DNA of 64,000 nt from Acidobacteriota bacterium (GTDB lineage Bacteria > Acidobacteriota > UBA890 > WLXD01), in contig CBDBHB010000009.1 of assembly GCA_965205505.1 (NCBI GenBank), positions 576,001 through 640,000 on the forward strand, written 5' to 3'. The translations under genes were made by a program, and so were the position numbers. The stretch's first letter is position 1; each line of letters opens with the position of its first letter. Below are positions 58,272 through 64,000 of the stretch, piece after piece. The notes under the pieces are model-generated. The model was not told the DNA's origin. It made no database searches and saw only the letters and a program-made list of their open reading frames with translations.

Positions 58272-59084
58272 ATGCGTCGCAACTCTCTGCTGATTGCGTT
58301 GTGCCTGCTGGCGCCGCCCTCGCTGCTGGCCCAGGAGCCCACGGCGTCGCCGGATGTGCACGCCGACCTTGCACGAGGACGCACGCTCTACGTCACCTAC
58401 TGCGCCCGCTGCCACGGGATGACCGGCGGTGGGGGAGAGGGCCCGAGCCTGGCCCGGCGCGAGCTGCCCCGGGCGCCGGATGACGAGGCGCTGATCGCCC
58501 TCATAAGAGACGGGATCCCGGGCACGGCGATGTCGCCCACCTGGTGGCTGGGCGATCGTGAATACGAGCCCCTGACGGGGTACGTGCGGTCGCTGGCCCC
58601 GGCCACGGCGGCGGTCGACGATAGCGTGCGTGGCGATGCCGTGCGTGGTCAGCAGTTGTTCGAAGGCAGCGGCGGGTGTGCGAGCTGCCACACCGTCGGC
58701 GGCTTCGGTACGAACCATGGTCCTGATCTCACCACCGTCGGTTCTCGCCGTGGCACCGCATTCATCCGCGAGGCCATCCTCGACCCCGAGGCGGCGCTAC
58801 CGCGCGGCCTCACCGAGGTCGGTCTCAACTTCATCGACTACCTCGTGGTTCGGGTGGTCGACCGTGACGGTCGCGAGCTGGTGGGGACGCGGCTGAACGA
58901 GGACTCCTACACCATTCAGGTTCGCGATCTGCTCGGGCAGCTGCACTCGTTCTACAAGCCACGCCTTCAGACGCTCGAGAAGCAGTTCGATCAAAGCCTC
59001 ATGCAGAGCTATCGCGAACAGTTCTCCGATGCGGAGATCGACGACCTTGTTGCTTACCTGACCACGCTGGGAGGTGCGGGATGA
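58272..59084 (+). CDS. Diheme c-type cytochrome (quinoprotein partner)
   Basis: Signal peptide; CARCH and CASCH; GIPGTAM, GPDL, S.M...DLVAYL. Confidence 0.88.
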   Translation: MRRNSLLIALCLLAPPSLLAQEPTASPDVHADLARGRTLYVTYCARCHGMTGGGGEGPSLARRELPRAPDDEALIALIRDGIPGTAMSPTWWLGDREYEPLTGYVRSLAPATAAVDDSVRGDAVRGQQLFEGSGGCASCHTVGGFGTNHGPDLTTVGSRRGTAFIREAILDPEAALPRGLTEVGLNFIDYLVVRVVDRDGRELVGTRLNEDSYTIQVRDLLGQLHSFYKPRLQTLEKQFDQSLMQSYREQFSDAEIDDLVAYLTTLGGAG

Positions 59085-60721
59085 GCCTGCAGTGCGTGTC
59101 TCGAGGCGGTTCGGCGGCTCACGTCAGACGAGCAGCCCTGATTGTCGCCGCCGCGCAGCTGCTGACGGTCGGTTCGCTGTCAGCCCAGCAGGTGCCCTAC
59201 GAGCGACTCAAGCGTGCCGCAGAGGAGCCGCACAACTGGCTCACCTATTCGGGAACCTACAACTCCGAGCGCTTCTCTCTGTTGAACGAGATCACGCCGG
59301 CCAACGTGACCGGCTTGGGCGTCGTTTGGGTCTATCAGACCAGCCCCGGGTTGGTGGAAACGACTCCGCTAGTGGTGGACGGCGTCATGTACCTGACCGA
59401 GCCACCGAGCACGGTCACGGCGCTCGACGTGCGCACCGGTCGGCGTATCTGGCGCTGGAGGGCGTCTGTCCCGGCGGAGGTCAAGCACATCGGCTTTCCG
59501 GCGGTGAATCGCGGCGTGGGGATCCTCGACGAGACCGTGTACGTGGGCACGCTCGATGGTCGAACGGTGGCCCTCGACGCGGCCTCCGGGGTTGAGCGCT
59601 GGAGCGCCCAGGTTGCCGACAACGACCTCGGTTTCTCGGTCACGGCGGCGCCGCTGGCGATCGACGGCAAGGTGATCATCGGCGTGAGCGGCGCCGAGGC
59701 CGGCATCCGTGGCTTCATCGACGCCTACTCCACCGAGGACGGCTCGTTGCTGTGGCGCACCCATACAGTGCCGGCGGTCGGAGAAGCAGGGAGTGAGACT
59801 TGGGGTGGCGACAGCTGGATGACCGGTGGTGGCTCCACCTGGCTGACAGGCTCCTACGATCCCGACCTGAACCTGCTGTACTGGGGGATCGGCAACCCTG
59901 CACCCGACTGGAACGGCGACGACCGGCCCGGCGACAACCTCTACACCTGCTCGTTGCTGGCGCTCGACGCCGACACCGGCGAGATTCGCTGGCACTTCCA
60001 GTTCACCCCACACGACACGCACGACTGGGACGCCAACGAGATCCCGGTGCTCGTCGATCTGGAGTGGGACGGGGAAATGCGGAAGGTGGTGACGATGGCC
60101 AACCGCAACGCCTTCTACTACGTGCTCGACCGAGAGACCGGGGAGTTTCTCCACGGCAGCGAGTACTCCAAGCAGACCTGGGCCGAGGGGCTCGACGATG
60201 CCGGCCGTCCGATCGTCATTCCCAATACCGAGCCGACCGAGGAAGGGACTCTCGTATGGCCCAGCCTGCAGGGCGCGACCAACTGGTTCAGCCCCAGCTA
60301 CAGTCCGCTTACCGAGCTCTTCTACGTGGCCGTGCGGCATATGGGCGCCGTCTACTACAAGGGCGAGGCCGAGTACGAGCCCGGCATGCCGTTCATGGGC
60401 GGCGGCGAGCAGGCGCTCAGCGGCGACGATGCTGGCGGCTTCGTCAAAGCGCTCGACGTGCGTACCGGGGAGCTGCGCTGGGAGTTTCCGTTGTTGACGC
60501 CTCCCTGGGCGGGCGTCATGGCGACCGCCGGCGGGCTGGTGTTTGGCGGATCCGAAGAGGGCAACTTCTTTGCTCTCGATGCCAGCACCGGCAAGACGCT
60601 ATGGGATTTCCAGGCCGGGGCGGCGGTGCGGTCCAACCCGATGGCCTTCGAGGTCGACGGCAAGCAGCGAATTGCGATGTCGGCGGGTGACGCTGTCTTC
60701 GTGTTCGGACTTCGTGACTGA
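59081..60721 (+). CDS. PQQ-type dehydrogenase, methanol/ethanol-family fold
   Basis: ETTPLVVDGVMY, VNRG, SGAE.GIRG, GNP.P, RPGDNLY, HFQFTPHDTHDWD, ANRN.F.YVLDR. Confidence 0.88.
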   Translation: MSLQCVSRGGSAAHVRRAALIVAAAQLLTVGSLSAQQVPYERLKRAAEEPHNWLTYSGTYNSERFSLLNEITPANVTGLGVVWVYQTSPGLVETTPLVVDGVMYLTEPPSTVTALDVRTGRRIWRWRASVPAEVKHIGFPAVNRGVGILDETVYVGTLDGRTVALDAASGVERWSAQVADNDLGFSVTAAPLAIDGKVIIGVSGAEAGIRGFIDAYSTEDGSLLWRTHTVPAVGEAGSETWGGDSWMTGGGSTWLTGSYDPDLNLLYWGIGNPAPDWNGDDRPGDNLYTCSLLALDADTGEIRWHFQFTPHDTHDWDANEIPVLVDLEWDGEMRKVVTMANRNAFYYVLDRETGEFLHGSEYSKQTWAEGLDDAGRPIVIPNTEPTEEGTLVWPSLQGATNWFSPSYSPLTELFYVAVRHMGAVYYKGEAEYEPGMPFMGGGEQALSGDDAGGFVKALDVRTGELRWEFPLLTPPWAGVMATAGGLVFGGSEEGNFFALDASTGKTLWDFQAGAAVRSNPMAFEVDGKQRIAMSAGDAVFVFGLRD

Positions 60722-61529
60722 TCTCGCCGACTACTACGGCGCCGGTTACGCGGAGTTCGCCTCCGATCTCTACACCGCCATTCGCGCCGAGGCGTTCGAC
60801 GATGACATTGGCCAGCACAGCTGGCTCACCGCGGCGGAGCAGGACCTGTTCATCGCGTGGCTCGAGGTCGACGCGAGCTCGCGGCTGCTCGACGTCGCCT
60901 GCGGGTCGGGCGGACCGACCCTGCGAATCGCCCACCGAAGCGGTTGCCGTGTGCATGGAATCGACATCGAAGGCGCTGCTGTGCGGGCGGCGAATCGACA
61001 GTCGGAGGACGCCGGCCTGGCCGAGCGCGTCCGCTTCGATACCCAAGATGCGGGTGAGCAGCTGCCGTTCGCGAACGAGGCGTTCGATGCGCTGATCTGT
61101 ATCGACGCGGTCACGCACCTGCCCGATCGGAGCCGTGTGTTCTGCGATTGGGCGCGTGTCCTGCGCCCTGGCGGGCGCCTTGTCTTCACCGACGCCGTCA
61201 CCGTCAGCGGTGTGCTCAGCGCGGAGGAAATACGGGTGCGAGCATCCATTGGCAGCGTGTTCTTCGCACCTCCGGGGCTCGACGGCGACCTGCTCGACGC
61301 GGCCGGGTTCGAGGTCGATCGTGTCGAGGACCGCACGGAGAACGTGGCGAGCACAGCGGCACGGCGACACACGGCGCGCGCCGCGCACGAGGCGGACCTG
61401 CGACAGATCGAGGGCGGCGCGACGTTCGAAAGCCAGCAGGAGTTCCTGGCCATGGCGGCAAAGCTGGCTGCCGAGCGACGGCTGTCGCGTTTCGCGTTTC
61501 GCTGCCTGCTTCGACGGACCGACGCCTGA
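60714..61529 (+). CDS. Class I SAM-dependent methyltransferase
   Basis: LLDVACGSGG, VHGIDI, LPF...FD, RVLRPGG.LVFTD; GTG start overlaps the upstream gene. Confidence 0.85.
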   Translation: MTDLADYYGAGYAEFASDLYTAIRAEAFDDDIGQHSWLTAAEQDLFIAWLEVDASSRLLDVACGSGGPTLRIAHRSGCRVHGIDIEGAAVRAANRQSEDAGLAERVRFDTQDAGEQLPFANEAFDALICIDAVTHLPDRSRVFCDWARVLRPGGRLVFTDAVTVSGVLSAEEIRVRASIGSVFFAPPGLDGDLLDAAGFEVDRVEDRTENVASTAARRHTARAAHEADLRQIEGGATFESQQEFLAMAAKLAAERRLSRFAFRCLLRRTDA

Positions 61530-61569
61530 TCGCTGGCTCGCCCAGCGTTATTGTTAGCGATGCGCGAGA

Positions 61570-62421
61570 CTACTGGAAAAACTGCAAGCCGTGCCACACC
61601 GATGCCAGGATGGCGATGGCGTTCAGCCCCAAGCACACGAACGCGGCGACGAAGTGGCCGGCGTGCTCGTCGCTTCTCGGATCGAGGAGCCGCGCCGCCA
61701 GATAGCCGCCGCCGAAGCCGCCCAGATGCGCCCAGTTGTCGATGAACGGCACGATCAGCCCGATCACCACGAAGATGCCCACCCAGCGCCACACTTGCTG
61801 CCCGATGCTGCTGGGACCGCCGAGCCGGCTGTAGACGACGAGCGCTCCGAACAGGCCGAACAGCGGCGCCGACGCACCGATGGTAAAGCCGGCGCCGGCG
61901 AGCGGGCCGAGGAAGGGGAACAGGCCCATGATCGAGGTGGCTGCGAAGCCGGCGGCGGCCGACGCGGTGTAGATGATCACCAGTCGGCCGACGCCGTAGA
62001 ACTCGCTGACCGCCGGCATGAGCTGGCGTAGCCACATCATGTTCATGACGATGTGTAGCAACCCGCCATGCAGCCACGCTGCGCTCAGCACGGTCCACCA
62101 ACGGCCGTAGCCGAAGACCGGCAAGGCACCGCTGGCCCCGAACAGGAAAAGCGGCCGCTGGCCGGGCGACAACATCGACAGCAAGCCGCCGCGGCCGATC
62201 GCCGACGGATCGCCCAGCAGCGTGATGACGAACAGAGCGGCGCAAACGAAGAGCACGATCTCGGTGAAGCCGAGGCCGTGACCGAGCTTGTTGAGTAGCG
62301 GAGCGAACCCCCACAGGCCGGGGTTGAAGCGGCCGCAGCGGAAGCAGCGATCGTCGCGCACCCCGACCAGGCTGCCGCAGCTGGGGCAGACGACGGAACC
62401 GCTAGTCGGTCGGTTGAACAA
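61570..62421 (-). CDS. Rhomboid intramembrane serine protease with an N-terminal zinc ribbon
   Basis: CPSCG...CFRCG; WLHGGLLHI..N, IGAS, DNWAHLGG. Confidence 0.92.
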   Translation of the reverse strand: MFNRPTSGSVVCPSCGSLVGVRDDRCFRCGRFNPGLWGFAPLLNKLGHGLGFTEIVLFVCAALFVITLLGDPSAIGRGGLLSMLSPGQRPLFLFGASGALPVFGYGRWWTVLSAAWLHGGLLHIVMNMMWLRQLMPAVSEFYGVGRLVIIYTASAAAGFAATSIMGLFPFLGPLAGAGFTIGASAPLFGLFGALVVYSRLGGPSSIGQQVWRWVGIFVVIGLIVPFIDNWAHLGGFGGGYLAARLLDPRSDEHAGHFVAAFVCLGLNAIAILASVWHGLQFFQ

Positions 62422-62443
62422 TCGTGGGTGTCCTAGTTGGGCG

Positions 62444-64000
62444 CTATCGATCGCTCCATGAGCAGGCGGCGCTTGCGGGGAAGAGTGAATCGAGCATCGA
62501 GCCGACGGGCGGTAGGTCGGCGCTCATCAGCGAGGGGTCGAGCCACGAAGGTGCGGGCTGTCCGATCGGCGCGCCAGGTGGGGCGGTTTGCTGACGAGAC
62601 TGCGAGTAGGCTGCGGCCGGGCGGGTCAGAAACCGTTCGACGTCGCGCTCCAGCAGCGCGAAGTGTGCCTGGCTGGGTCCGATCATCTCGTCGGCTTGCC
62701 CAATCCGGGCGGCAATGCGCAAGCTCATCGTGGCCAACTGGGAGGTGGCGATCGCCCGCACCTGAGGCATGGGCGCGTTGGCGGCCAACGACATCACCTG
62801 TTCGACGACGGCGCGCTGAACGGCGCGAACAATCTCCTGCTCATAGCCGTCGTCGGTCTCCATGGTGAACACCGTCTGGAAGGTGTGGGCGAGCACCTCG
62901 ACGAGGCCCGGCAGCGAGCTGTCGAGCGCGTGCTGCTGCACCATTCGCGCAGCGCGGGCCGGGTTGAAGATGTTCGCGGCCACGTGCTGAGCTGCCACCA
63001 CCGCTGGTGTGATGGCGTCGAACGTCATCCCGGTGTAGCGCGGAAACAGCTCGCGGTGGCGGCCGTAGCCCGATGGCCTGGGTGGTAGCTGTGCCAGGAC
63101 CGAGCGCGGCACGGCCAACTCAGCGGGTTGCAGCGTCGCCAGCAGGGCTTCGAGTGCCGCCATCTGCTCGATGCCGGGCACGGCCCCGGTGGCGTTGCCG
63201 TGGCCGTCACCGCGTAGTGCGTAGTGGTAGTTCGAGCCGCCGATGGCGGAGGCCGTCGCCTCTATCTGATAGCGATGATGCAGGTACAGCGGCACCAGCG
63301 CCTCTTCGATGGTCGCCAGCGGCGCTCCGAGCGTGATGGCGTTGTCGCCCAAGCGATCGAGCGCGTGCCGGCGAACCGCCATCATGCGGTTGAGCTCGGC
63401 GGCCGGATCATCGCCGTTGGCCCACTGGTGTACGCGCGGCTGCGCCGACATGTCCTGGTTGGTCATGTAGATGACGTCGCGCTCCCAGGCCTCGTCGAGG
63501 ATGGCGCGGAGCTCCTCTGCCTCGTCGGCCCCAGGCGGGAAGTCCTGGTAGGCGTACGTCACCGCAACCTTGTCCCATTCGCCTATCTTGTCGTCGTAGA
63601 CGGCCGAGTAGTCGAGCTCGCCGTCGTCGGTGAGCTCGATCAGCGGATGCGGGTAGTCCATCACCGAGATGCGGCCCAGGCTGCTGGCGTAGTAGTTGTG
63701 GCCGAAGCCAAGCGTGTGGCCGACCTCGTGCGCCGACAGCTGCCGTAGTCGGGCAAGCGCCCACTCAGCCAACTCGGGAGGGGTCTCGGTGCCGTTCTCG
63801 TAGGGCGACAGCAGCCCCTCGGCGATCAGGTAGTCCTGGCGCACACGCAGCGACCCGAGCGTTACCCGACCCTTGATGATCTCGCCGGTGCGCGGATCGC
63901 TGACCGATCCACCGTAGCTCCAGCCGCGCGTAGAGCGATGCACCCACTGGATGATGTTGTAGCGCACGTCCATGTTGTCGGCGCCCTCGGGCAGCATCTC
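62444..64000 (-). CDS. Zinc-dependent metalloprotease (DUF5117/DUF4953 family), 5' end outside the window
   Basis: DPRTGEIIKG, AHEVGHTLGFGHN, SVMDY Met-turn. Confidence 0.9.
   Translation of the reverse strand, partial: EMLPEGADNMDVRYNIIQWVHRSTRGWSYGGSVSDPRTGEIIKGRVTLGSLRVRQDYLIAEGLLSPYENGTETPPELAEWALARLRQLSAHEVGHTLGFGHNYYASSLGRISVMDYPHPLIELTDDGELDYSAVYDDKIGEWDKVAVTYAYQDFPPGADEAEELRAILDEAWERDVIYMTNQDMSAQPRVHQWANGDDPAAELNRMMAVRRHALDRLGDNAITLGAPLATIEEALVPLYLHHRYQIEATASAIGGSNYHYALRGDGHGNATGAVPGIEQMAALEALLATLQPAELAVPRSVLAQLPPRPSGYGRHRELFPRYTGMTFDAITPAVVAAQHVAANIFNPARAARMVQQHALDSSLPGLVEVLAHTFQTVFTMETDDGYEQEIVRAVQRAVVEQVMSLAANAPMPQVRAIATSQLATMSLRIAARIGQADEMIGPSQAHFALLERDVERFLTRPAAAYSQSRQQTAPPGAPIGQPAPSWLDPSLMSADLPPVGSMLDSLFPASAACSWSDR

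Noticed and set aside
60770-62314. 514-aa minus-strand ORF and similar long Arg/Pro-rich ORFs (e.g. 43454-45310, 56983-58230, 16651-17646)
   Set aside because: They overlap well-supported genes in other frames and have no recognisable motifs.

Overview
High-GC bacterial chromosome segment. The gene content (TamB-Omp85 fusion, quinoprotein plus cytochrome c pair, many peptidases) suggests an Acidobacteriota-like heterotroph, which is an inference. Most of the window is housekeeping and scavenging genes: an ECF sigma module, a cobalamin riboswitch with a btuDCF-like operon, tesA/ybbAP, M3/M32/M19/S9/M14 peptidases, udk, formiminotransferase-cyclodeaminase, a cyclophilin, FAH paralogues and a PQQ-type dehydrogenase. 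Several items are missed or misread by the ORF track. (1) A 2-phosphoglycerate kinase with two ATP-cones runs off the left edge. (2) An AhpD-like CxxU selenoprotein has a SECIS hairpin at 33.0 kb. (3) A CTAG-ended MITE family has ends that coincide with TAG stop codons, including two half-elements 7.5 kb apart. (4) A 2.2-kb lower-GC, integrase-less mini-island (40.7-43.0 kb) is bounded by 60-bp direct repeats with dif/att-like cores; it carries a winged-helix protein ending in the SSB-type DDDIPF tail, a tRNA-Cys-derived RNA with an 8-nt anticodon loop whose sequence is echoed at a downstream RBS, and two small membrane proteins, and it is followed by a promoter-terminator sRNA candidate. (5) A classical C2H2 zinc-finger motif is inserted inside the formiminotransferase. 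Three frameshifts and one in-frame amber codon may be assembly errors or recent pseudogenisation. All family assignments come from reading motifs by eye; no database searches were run.
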